A stretch of DNA of 64,000 bases from Actinomycetota bacterium (GTDB lineage Bacteria; Actinomycetota; Acidimicrobiia; Acidimicrobiales; JAJPHE01), in assembly GCA_027315345.1 (NCBI GenBank), contig DAHUYE010000041.1, forward strand, positions 3,204 through 67,203, in the 5' to 3' direction. Made by a program: the position numbers and the translations under genes. Under the pieces are notes generated by a model. The model ran no database searches. It was not told the origin of the DNA and saw only the letters and a list, made by a program, of their open reading frames with translations. Positions 55,044 to 63,215 of the stretch are shown piece after piece (the stretch's first letter is position 1; each line of letters starts with the position of its first letter).

Positions 55044-55092
55044 CTTATATTGTCAATATTGATTGAATCAACATTGATTTAGGAATCAAGTC
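55044..55092. promoter_or_regulatory. AT-rich array of overlapping palindromes between the divergent citrate-synthase paralogues (candidate operator/promoters)
   Basis: TCAATATTGA (55053-62), TTGATTGAATCAA (55059-71) and TTGATT-tagg-AATCAA (55074-89). It is one of the most AT-rich stretches seen in the window. Confidence 0.55.
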
Positions 55093-55107
55093 AGGTAGGG
55101 TGGGGAC

Positions 55108-56364
55108 ATGTCAGGGGTGGAAGGTGGGTCGGGTGTGGAGTCCTGGCTCAGTGCTTCGGAGGCAGCCGCCCGTCTGGGGGTCCAGCCCCAGACGCTCTAC
55201 GCCTACGTCAGCCGGGGCCTGTTGAGCAGCCACCCGGTCCCGGGCCGGCGGGCCAGTCGCTACTCCCGCTCCGAGGTGGAGCGCCTGGCGGCCCGCACCC
55301 GATCCGGAGGCCGGCCGGAGCGCTCCGGGGGGCTGGAGATCGTGGTCGATACCAACCTGACCCTGCTGGACCCGGCCGGCCACCTCTACTACCGGGGCTG
55401 GGACGTGACCGAGGCGGCCCGGACGGCCAGCTACGAGCGGGTGGCGGAGTGGCTGTGGTCCGGCCAGGACGAGGGTGAGCCGGCGGCGTGGAACTCTCGC
55501 CCGGAGGCGCTGGGCGCGGTCAGCCAGGCCGTCGCCGGCCTCGCTGGCGGCGCGACGTTGGTGGACAGGATGCGGATCGGCACTGCCGTGGCGGCTACCA
55601 CCGATCCCATGCGCCACGACCTGCGGCCCCCGGCCGTGGCGGCCCTGGGCCGTGCCCTGGTGTCCACATTGGTTGACAGCCTGCCTCCTGCCGGTGACCA
55701 AGAGCCGGGCACGGGCCACGGCCCCGGGGTGGCGGCCCGCCTATGGCCGGCGTTGTCCCCCAGGGATCCGAGTCCGGCCGAGTTGGGGGTCCTGAACGCC
55801 GCCCTGGTCCTGCTGGCCGACCATGAACTGGCCGCCTCCACACTGGGAGCCCGGGTGGCCGCCAGCACCTGGGCCGACCCCTACCTGGTGGTTCAGGCCG
55901 GTCTGGGGGTGCTGGGCGGTCCGCTCCACGGTGGGGCCACCGAGGCGGTGCGGGACTTCCTCGGCCCGGTGGCCGAGGGCCGGGTCGGGCCGGCCCAGGC
56001 CGTGGGAGAGCAGCTGCGGACCGGCCGGATCCCCGGCCTGGGCCACGCCGTGTACGAGGGCCCGGACCCCCGGGCCGCCGCCCTGCTCAGGGCTCTCGAG
56101 TCGGCCGAGCCGCCCGAGGCGGCCTGGGCCGGGGTCTGCGGAGTGCTGGGTCTCCTGGAGGAGCGGGATCTCCCCCTGCCCAACATCGACATGGCCATGG
56201 GCGCCATGGCCGTGTGCCTGGGGCTGGCGCCGGGGTCGGGAGAGGCCATTTTCGCCCTGGCCCGGATGGCCGGCTGGTTGGCCCACGCCATGGAGGAGTA
56301 CCAGCACCGGCTGCGGTTCCGGCCTCGGGCCGTCTACCTGGGCCCGCCGCCCCGGCACGCTTAA
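55108..56364 (+). CDS. Citrate-synthase-like protein with an N-terminal MerR/excisionase-type HTH
   Basis: aa 10-60: WLSASEAAARLGVQPQTLYAYVSRGLL (HTH_17-like). Then a citrate synthase fold with LADHELAAST, GLGHAVYEGPDPRA and PNIDMAMG. Confidence 0.8.
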   Translation: MSGVEGGSGVESWLSASEAAARLGVQPQTLYAYVSRGLLSSHPVPGRRASRYSRSEVERLAARTRSGGRPERSGGLEIVVDTNLTLLDPAGHLYYRGWDVTEAARTASYERVAEWLWSGQDEGEPAAWNSRPEALGAVSQAVAGLAGGATLVDRMRIGTAVAATTDPMRHDLRPPAVAALGRALVSTLVDSLPPAGDQEPGTGHGPGVAARLWPALSPRDPSPAELGVLNAALVLLADHELAASTLGARVAASTWADPYLVVQAGLGVLGGPLHGGATEAVRDFLGPVAEGRVGPAQAVGEQLRTGRIPGLGHAVYEGPDPRAAALLRALESAEPPEAAWAGVCGVLGLLEERDLPLPNIDMAMGAMAVCLGLAPGSGEAIFALARMAGWLAHAMEEYQHRLRFRPRAVYLGPPPRHA

Positions 56365-56548
56365 ACCACGGTTCAGCCCGGTTGAATCCTCCCGCGGGCC
56401 CCGGCCCGGCCCGGTGGCTGGGTCCGGCGGAATTGGCCGGCAGACCGGAGTATCAGCCCCTCGGCACCTCAGGTGAACCAGGCTGCGGTCGAAAGACACC
56501 ACCGACGACGGAGGCGGCCGGTCGCTGACCCAGGCGTGGCGCGTCCCG

Positions 56549-58507
56549 TTGCCCCTTCTCCCGATGCCACCGACCCCTCCTGCGCCCGCCCCCGGCCCTG
56601 ATCGCTGCCGGTTCGGAGGCGCCGCGGCGATAGCCGTGGAGGACGGCCGGGCGGAGGCCTCCCGGGCGGAACGGGAGGTGGGGGTCCTGGCCGTTGCCAT
56701 CTGCCTCCTCCTGGTGGTCGCTCTGGTAGCCGTACTCGGTCTCAGGGGCCTGGGTGGGGCCGCGGGCTCCCGGGCGGCCGAACCCCGGATCGGAGTCGCC
56801 CGGGCCGGCGGTGCCGGCGCCGGCCATGGGTCCGCCCCGGTGAAGCCCCCCGCCCACACCCGGGCCGGGTTCCTCCCGCCGTCCCGCCACGCCGCCACCA
56901 ACAGCCCGGGCCGCTCCGTCCGGGCCGCCGGGAAGGCCGGGAAAGCCGGGAGTGCCCGACGGGGTCAGGCCCGCTCCGCCTCGGCCGCCGCTCATGTCAG
57001 CCCCCTGTGGGGACCCGGCTACCGGCTGGCCGCCGCCGACGGGGGGGTGTTCAGCTTCGGAAATGCCCGATTCCTGGGCAGCATGGGATCCGAAGCTCTG
57101 GCGGCTCCGGTGGTGGCCCTGGCCACCACTCCCGACGGCCTGGGCTACTGGGAGGCCGCCGCCGACGGAGGGGTCTTCGCCTTCGGGGACGCCCGCTACA
57201 TGGGCGGAATGGGCGGCCACCCGATCTCGGCTCCGGTGGTGGCGATGGCGGCCGTCCCCAACGGATCGGGGTACTGGTTGGCCGCCGCCGACGGTGGGAT
57301 ATTCACCTACGGAACTGCGCCTTTCCTGGGCTCGCTGGCCAGTAAGGAGCTGCATGCCCCGGTTGTGGGCATGGCCGCCACCCCGGATGGCCGGGGCTAC
57401 TGGCTGGTGGCCGCCGACGGCGGGGTCTTCGCATTCGGGGACGCCCGCTACTACGGGGGCATGGCCGGCTACGGGATAGCCGCACCCATCGTGGGTATGG
57501 CCTCCACCCCGGACGGGACCGGCTACTGGCTGGTAGCCGCCGACGGGGGTGTCTTCACCTACGGGACGGCCCGCTACTACGGGGGCATGGGAGGCCATCT
57601 CCTGGCGGCGCCGGTGGTGGGCATGGCCGCCGAGCCGGACGGCAGCGGCTACTGGCTGGCCGCCGCCGATGGCGGCATCTTCACCTACGGGGCGGCCGGC
57701 TTCTGGGGCGGCCCGGGCGGCTACAGCCTGTATCGGCCGGTCACGGCCGTGGCCGCCGGCCTGAATCCCGCCTACCGGGCTGACCCTCAGGTTGAGGTGG
57801 ATGGCCGCTACGGCTTCGATGTGTCCTGGCCCCAGTGTGACGACCGGGGCCTGCCGAGTGGGCATGCCTTTGCGGTGCTGGGGATCACCGACGGGAAGGC
57901 CTTCACCCGCAACCCCTGCCTGGGCTCCCAGTGGGCTTGGGCCACAGCCGCCGCCGGGGCCGGGGGTCTCTACGTCAACCTGAATGAGCCCGCGGCCGGT
58001 TCCCGGTCCGACTTCGGCCCGGCCGGGCGCTGTAAGCGAGGGGATCTGGCCTGCCCCGCCTACAACTACGGCTCCAACGCCGTCGATCATGCCCTCTCCT
58101 ATGCCCGCTCCCAGGGCGCCACCGCCCCCATGATCTGGCTGGACGTGGAGACGGGGAACTCCTGGACTCCCTACGGGGACGTCAACGCCCTGGTCGTCAA
58201 GGGGGCCATCGATCAGCTCCACCGCCGGGGGCTCGGGGCCGGGATTTACTCCACCCCCCTGCAGTGGGACCAGATCACCGGGGGGGCTGATTTCGGTGTG
58301 CCGGTCTGGGTGGCGGGCTCCCCGGACCTCAACTCGGCCCCTTCCTATTGTTCCGACGGTTTCAACGGGGGCCAGGTGTGGATGGTCCAGACCATGCTCG
58401 ATTACGACGTCAACTACCTCTGCCGGCAGGCCTACGCCGCCAGCGCCTTCGGGGTCCACCCCCTCCCCGTCGCCCCGGCCTTCCCCCTCGATCGGCCCCG
58501 GCCCTAG
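56549..58507 (+). CDS. Membrane-anchored protein: six ~47-aa beta-propeller-type repeats + C-terminal glycoside-hydrolase-like (GH25/DUF1906-like) domain
   Basis: TM VGVLAVAICLLLVVALVAVLGL. Repeats follow the consensus PVVGMAxTPDGxGYWLxAADGGVFxFGDARYYGGMGG. C-terminus has GFDVSWPQC...NPCLGSQWAW...IWLDVE. The start is uncertain (TTG 56549, ATG 56564). Confidence 0.75.
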   Translation: MPLLPMPPTPPAPAPGPDRCRFGGAAAIAVEDGRAEASRAEREVGVLAVAICLLLVVALVAVLGLRGLGGAAGSRAAEPRIGVARAGGAGAGHGSAPVKPPAHTRAGFLPPSRHAATNSPGRSVRAAGKAGKAGSARRGQARSASAAAHVSPLWGPGYRLAAADGGVFSFGNARFLGSMGSEALAAPVVALATTPDGLGYWEAAADGGVFAFGDARYMGGMGGHPISAPVVAMAAVPNGSGYWLAAADGGIFTYGTAPFLGSLASKELHAPVVGMAATPDGRGYWLVAADGGVFAFGDARYYGGMAGYGIAAPIVGMASTPDGTGYWLVAADGGVFTYGTARYYGGMGGHLLAAPVVGMAAEPDGSGYWLAAADGGIFTYGAAGFWGGPGGYSLYRPVTAVAAGLNPAYRADPQVEVDGRYGFDVSWPQCDDRGLPSGHAFAVLGITDGKAFTRNPCLGSQWAWATAAAGAGGLYVNLNEPAAGSRSDFGPAGRCKRGDLACPAYNYGSNAVDHALSYARSQGATAPMIWLDVETGNSWTPYGDVNALVVKGAIDQLHRRGLGAGIYSTPLQWDQITGGADFGVPVWVAGSPDLNSAPSYCSDGFNGGQVWMVQTMLDYDVNYLCRQAYAASAFGVHPLPVAPAFPLDRPRP

Positions 58508-58590
58508 GGCGCCGGCGGGTGGGCCCGGACCCGGGCCGGGCCGGCCTGGACAGCAACGCGGGTGGACGTCGGCTAAGGTTCCGGCCGACC

Positions 58591-59760
58591 ATGCGGCGGA
58601 CCTCTGGGCTTGGCCCGGCCCACCGCGGACGTCGGCTGTTGAAGTTGATGGCAGCCGTCACCGCTTCCATCAGCGCCTCGGCGCTGATCTCTTCAGCGAC
58701 GGCGCGAGCGGACAGCCTCAGTTCGGCCCGGGCCGAAGCGGCCCAGATCACGGCTCAGCTGAGCCAGCTGAACCAGGCGGAGGCTGCGGCTGACGAGCGC
58801 TACAACCAGGCTCAGATAGCCCTTTCCGCCGACCAGAGCCGCCAAACCGCGGCCCGGGAGGCCGAACGGGCCGCCGCTTCCGCCGTGGCCGCCAAGCGGT
58901 CGATCCTCCAGCAGGCTGCCGTCAACGCCTACGTGGACGGCGGGCAGGGCAACTCGATCTCCGAGTTGATCCAGTCCAACGCCGCCGATGTGGGAGCGGC
59001 CGAGAGCTACCTCAACAGCATGGTGGACACCCAGCAGAGCGCCGTGGACGGATTCCGGGCTGCGGAGGCGACCCTGGCCCAGCAGGAGTCGGTCCTGGCC
59101 AAGGCCACCAAGGCAGCCGCCGCCCAGGTCGGCCAGATAGCTGCCATCCGCCAGAACCTCAACGCCACCGCCACCCAGGAATCCACGACCCTCAACCAGG
59201 TCAAGGGCAAGATCGCCCAGATCGTGGCCGCCGATGAGGCCGCCGCCGCGGCCGCCGCCGCCGCCCGGGCCAAGGCGGCCTACGAGGCCCAGCAGGCGGC
59301 GCTGGCCGCCCAGGCCCAGGCTCAAGCCCAAGCCCAAGCCAACCAGGGCGACAGCGGCGGGCTGGGGAACTACAACTCGAATCTGGGCAACGGGCTGCCG
59401 CCGGCGCTCAATGGCAATGCTCAAGCAGCCGTCAACTACGCCCTGGCCCAGTTGGGCAAGCCCTACCAGTACGGGGCGTCCGGTCCGGACAGCTTCGACT
59501 GTTCCGGTCTGACCATGGAGGCCTGGGCCGCCGCCGGGGTGGGCCTGCCCCACTCCGCCGCCGGGCAGTGGGACGACACCGTCCGGGTCAGCTACGCCCA
59601 ACTTCAACCCGGTGACCTGGTCTTCTTCTACCAGCCGGTGGATCACGTGGGCATCTACGTGGGCAACGGGACCATGATCGATGCCCCCCACACCGGGGCC
59701 AACGTCGAGTACGACTCCATCTGGTGGTCGGGCCTGGACGGCTTCGGTCGGGTCACCTAG
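58591..59760 (+). CDS. RipA-like peptidoglycan endopeptidase (coiled-coil + NlpC/P60)
   Basis: Signal peptide, long Ala/Gln-rich coiled-coil. C-terminal NlpC/P60 with catalytic FDCSGL...DHVGIYVGNGTMIDAPHTG. Confidence 0.88.
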   Translation: MRRTSGLGPAHRGRRLLKLMAAVTASISASALISSATARADSLSSARAEAAQITAQLSQLNQAEAAADERYNQAQIALSADQSRQTAAREAERAAASAVAAKRSILQQAAVNAYVDGGQGNSISELIQSNAADVGAAESYLNSMVDTQQSAVDGFRAAEATLAQQESVLAKATKAAAAQVGQIAAIRQNLNATATQESTTLNQVKGKIAQIVAADEAAAAAAAAARAKAAYEAQQAALAAQAQAQAQAQANQGDSGGLGNYNSNLGNGLPPALNGNAQAAVNYALAQLGKPYQYGASGPDSFDCSGLTMEAWAAAGVGLPHSAAGQWDDTVRVSYAQLQPGDLVFFYQPVDHVGIYVGNGTMIDAPHTGANVEYDSIWWSGLDGFGRVT

Positions 59761-59909
59761 GACCACGAACGGTGAGAAAAACCTTACCTTAATCACCCAT
59801 TGCGTTCGTTTCGACCCCGGCGTACTGTCAGGCCTGCTCGGCCCGTGGGGTGCCGGGGCCGGCTCTGGGGGCCGTTGACGCGAAAGGGGAGTCATTGCTG
59901 GGGAGCAAT

Positions 59910-60647
59910 GTGGACACCGGTCGGCCGCCGGCCGGCCCCGCGCCGGCGCTGGAGCGACCCAGGGCCCGCCGAGGGCGGGTAGGCGGCCGGCTCAGCCTCG
60001 GCCACGTGCTGCCGCTGGCGTTGGCGGTGCTGGCGGGTCTTCTGGTTTTGGCCGGGCTCAAGGACCGATCGGCCACCGAGACGGTGGCGGTGGCGGCCCA
60101 TCCGGTCTCAGCCGGCCAGACCCTGACGACGGCTGACCTCCGGTGGGTGAGCGTCCACCGTTCGGATCAACCGGTGATGGCCGGGTTGCTGAGTCCCTCC
60201 GACGGGCCCGGCCCCTGGGTGGCCGCCGTCGACATTCCCGCCGGCGCTCCGGTGGCTCTGGGCGAGCTGACCGGGTCGTCTCCCGTCTCGGGACTGGGCT
60301 CCATGAGCATCCAGGTGCCGCCGTCCCACGCCGACGGTGGGGCGCTGCAGCCGGGCGACCGGGTCGATGTCATCTCGGCCGCCTCCGGGCAAGCCGTCTA
60401 CCTGGCCACCGATCTGGTCGTGCTGGCCGTCGACCAGGCCCAGCGCGGCGTCCTCGGCAGCGTCCAGGACGGGAGCTACTTCGTCACCGTGGCCGTGGAT
60501 CGCACCACCGCCTTGAGGTTGGCGGCCGCGCTCGGAACATCCACCTCGGGCGGTAACAACACCCTCGAGTTGGTCGGATCCACCGGGGAGGGGCCCGACC
60601 CCGGGGCGGTATATCGGGGCCCGACCCCGGCCGGAGGACGCGGGTGA
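59910..60647 (+). CDS. cpaB: Flp/Tad pilus assembly protein CpaB/RcpC (SAF domain)
   Basis: N-terminal TM LPLALAVLAGLLVLAGL, SAF-like VAVAAHPVSAGQTLTTADL, and RcpC-like GDRVDVI...VLAVD. Start GTG 59910 is tentative. Confidence 0.7.
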   Translation: MDTGRPPAGPAPALERPRARRGRVGGRLSLGHVLPLALAVLAGLLVLAGLKDRSATETVAVAAHPVSAGQTLTTADLRWVSVHRSDQPVMAGLLSPSDGPGPWVAAVDIPAGAPVALGELTGSSPVSGLGSMSIQVPPSHADGGALQPGDRVDVISAASGQAVYLATDLVVLAVDQAQRGVLGSVQDGSYFVTVAVDRTTALRLAAALGTSTSGGNNTLELVGSTGEGPDPGAVYRGPTPAGGRG

Positions 60648-61930
60648 CACCGGCGGTGCTCCGGATCGGAATAGCCGCCACCCCGGCACCCTGGTCCAAG
60701 AACTTCCGCAACTACGCCCGCGATCATGCTGCCGGCGTCGAGGTGGAGACACTCCTCGATCCCCGCCAGCTCCGCCGGCCCGGCCGGTCACCTTTCAACG
60801 TCCTGCTGGTGGACGACACGGCTCGGACCTTCACGGCCGCGGCCATCGCCGACGCCGTGGGTAGCGGCACATTCGTGGTTGGGCTCTTCGACGAGGCCAC
60901 CGGCATGGGCAAGGCGTTCCTCGAGCGCCTCGGCGTCCAGCTGATCCTGCCGGCCGCCTCCGAACCGGACGAGTTGATCCAGGCGCTGCAGCGGCTGACG
61001 CCCGTCCCGTATGCACCGCCATCCCAACCCGGGGACGAGGACCGGGCGGGGGCACGGACAACGACCGACCCCGGGCGGCCCCGGGCGGGCCGGAGCGGAG
61101 GCAGGGTCAGCGCCTGGTACGCGGTCACGGGTGGATGCGGGCTGACCGAGACGGTCATCGGGGTGGCCGAGTCGCTGGCCGCCCGGGACCGCGTCCTGGT
61201 GGTGGAGGCCGAACCACTCTCCTCCTCGATGGCAGCCCGTCTGTCCCGCTCTCCGGCCGTCGGGTTGTCCTGGACGCTGGGACGAATTGCCCACGGCCAG
61301 CCGGCGCTGCCGGACGGCTTGGCCGGAGCCCGGGACGACGGGGCCCGCCCCCTTGGGCGGTTCGATCTGGTCGCCCAGACTTCGATGCCGGAGGGCCCGC
61401 CGCCGGTGGACTCCGGGGCCATGCTCGGTCTGATCTCCGAGGCCCGGGACTGTTACGACCATGTGCTGGTCAGTGTCGGGCCCCTGGTGGGGGCGCCGGC
61501 CTCCCAAGGGAGGGACAGATTCGCCGGTGGCCGCGCCCTCTTGGGTGAGGCGGAGGTGGCTGTGGCCGTGGCGACGGCGGACCCGTTGGGGGCGGTGGAA
61601 CTTGGCTCCTGGAGGGCGGCGGCGTCCGAGATGGGTGTGAGGGGGCCGGCCTGGGGGGTCCTGGGCCGGGGCGGACGAGCCCGCTTCCAAGAGACTCAAC
61701 TGGCTGATCTGGTCGGCGCCGCTACCGCCCTGCGCCCCTTCCAGCGCCTGTGGTTCCTGCCCGAGGACGAGGCGGTGAGCCTGGCCCGGTGGAACTCGCA
61801 CCTGGTGGCGAGGGGGCGTTGGCACAGCTGTATCCGGCGCCTGGCCGCGGGCCTGTCCGCGGTCGAGCCCATTCCGGCCGCCGGCACTCCTGGTCGAAAT
61901 GAGGCCTGGGGCCTGGTGGGGTCGCGGTGA
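60644..61930 (+). CDS. TadZ/CpaE-like protein: pseudo-receiver N-domain + ParA/MinD-like domain with degenerate P-loop
   Basis: The position expected for KGGVGKTT reads TGGCGLTET (Lys replaced by Leu). Gene order is cpaB-this-tadA. Overlaps neighbours by 4 nt upstream. Confidence 0.6.
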   Translation: MTPAVLRIGIAATPAPWSKNFRNYARDHAAGVEVETLLDPRQLRRPGRSPFNVLLVDDTARTFTAAAIADAVGSGTFVVGLFDEATGMGKAFLERLGVQLILPAASEPDELIQALQRLTPVPYAPPSQPGDEDRAGARTTTDPGRPRAGRSGGRVSAWYAVTGGCGLTETVIGVAESLAARDRVLVVEAEPLSSSMAARLSRSPAVGLSWTLGRIAHGQPALPDGLAGARDDGARPLGRFDLVAQTSMPEGPPPVDSGAMLGLISEARDCYDHVLVSVGPLVGAPASQGRDRFAGGRALLGEAEVAVAVATADPLGAVELGSWRAAASEMGVRGPAWGVLGRGGRARFQETQLADLVGAATALRPFQRLWFLPEDEAVSLARWNSHLVARGRWHSCIRRLAAGLSAVEPIPAAGTPGRNEAWGLVGSR

Positions 61931-61937
61931 ACCGGTC

Positions 61938-63215
61938 GTGACCACCGCCTACGAGGCCCTCCGGGAACGCCTTCACGCCATGGTGGCCGAACGGGATCTG
62001 GACGTCGTCACGGCCGGCACCGAGGTGCGCCGGATGGTCGAGAGCGAACTCGAGCGGTTCCAGCGCGACGCCATGCGGGGGGCGGGCGGATTCGAACCCT
62101 TCGCCCGTCCCGATGACGTCCTGGGCCGGCTGGTCCGCGATCTGGAAGGCCTGGGATCCCAGCTCGAGGCGCTGATCGCCGATCCCGACGTCGAGGAGAT
62201 CTACGGAATCGACGGTGAGCTCACCTATCGCACCGTCAGCGGGGACACCTTTGCCGTTGAGCCACCCCTGCCGGCGTCGGCGGTCTTCAACGTCGTCCAG
62301 CGCTGGGTAGCCGGGGCCGGAGACCAGTTGGATGGATCGCACCCCAAGGTCGACGGAATCCGGGTGACCCTGCCCGGGCCTCGCCAGGCTCGCCTGCAGG
62401 CGTCGATCGCGCCGCGCATCGATGGCACCATCGCCTTCACCCTGCGGCTGCCCCAGAAGCGCAACACCACGCTGGACGACCTGATCGTGTTCGACTCCCT
62501 GTCCCGGGAGGCGGCGTCCTTCCTCACCGTGCTCATGTCGGCATCCCGGGTCAAGGTGCTGGTGGTGGGCCCTCCGGGGGCGGGCAAGACGACCATCATC
62601 GAGGCGCTCCTCCGAGCCGTGCCCGCCTGGCGCCGGACGATCGTGGCGGAAGAGAACCGGGAGCTGTCCGCCCCCCTTCTCAACGGGGAGTACTGGCAGA
62701 CCTCGAAAGTGGAGTCGCTCTATGACCTGATCCGTTCGGCCCGGGTCGCCAGTCCGGATCTGATCGTGCTGGGGGAGCTCAAAGGCACCGAGGCCTGGGA
62801 GCTGGCCATGGCCGCCAACCTGGGCACCGGATGTGTGGCGGCGGTACACGCCGACACCTGCTCGGAGGCCTTCGATGCGCTGGCCGTGGCCGCCTCGGCC
62901 GCCGTCCCGGCCATGGGGCGCTCGGAGTTGCGGAGTCTCTTTGCCGAGATGTTCGACGTGGTCATCTTCGCCGACAAGGACGATTCCGGATCCCAGACCC
63001 TGCGCCAGGTCACCGAGATAGCCGTGGTGCCTCCCCAACTTGGCCATGGCGGGATAGCCGTCAACCCGATCTTCGCCCGGTCCGAGATCGGGGCACCCAT
63101 GGAGTTGGTCTCCTCCGCCGTGGGCGAGGCCCTGGAGCGCAAGTGCAACCGGGTCCTGCGTCACAGCCGGGTGCGCCTCCACGACGTTCTGAGTGGCTCC
63201 GAGGTCGGCCTGTGA
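61938..63215 (+). CDS. tadA: Tad/Flp pilus secretion ATPase TadA/CpaF
   Basis: Walker A VGPPGAGKTTIIEALL, Walker B DLIVLGELKG, His box region. GTG 61938. Confidence 0.88.
   Translation: MTTAYEALRERLHAMVAERDLDVVTAGTEVRRMVESELERFQRDAMRGAGGFEPFARPDDVLGRLVRDLEGLGSQLEALIADPDVEEIYGIDGELTYRTVSGDTFAVEPPLPASAVFNVVQRWVAGAGDQLDGSHPKVDGIRVTLPGPRQARLQASIAPRIDGTIAFTLRLPQKRNTTLDDLIVFDSLSREAASFLTVLMSASRVKVLVVGPPGAGKTTIIEALLRAVPAWRRTIVAEENRELSAPLLNGEYWQTSKVESLYDLIRSARVASPDLIVLGELKGTEAWELAMAANLGTGCVAAVHADTCSEAFDALAVAASAAVPAMGRSELRSLFAEMFDVVIFADKDDSGSQTLRQVTEIAVVPPQLGHGGIAVNPIFARSEIGAPMELVSSAVGEALERKCNRVLRHSRVRLHDVLSGSEVGL

Noticed and set aside
58508-58590. Riboswitch upstream of the NlpC/P60 gene (GTCGGCTAAGG resembles part of the ydaO 3' motif)
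   Set aside because: The spacer is only 83 nt, too short for a ydaO aptamer unless it overlaps the upstream coding region. No GGGGACCCA-type element is present.
59761-59909. Hidden Flp prepilin ORF upstream of cpaB
   Set aside because: None of the six frames gives a short hydrophobic peptide with a G/XXXXEY processing motif.
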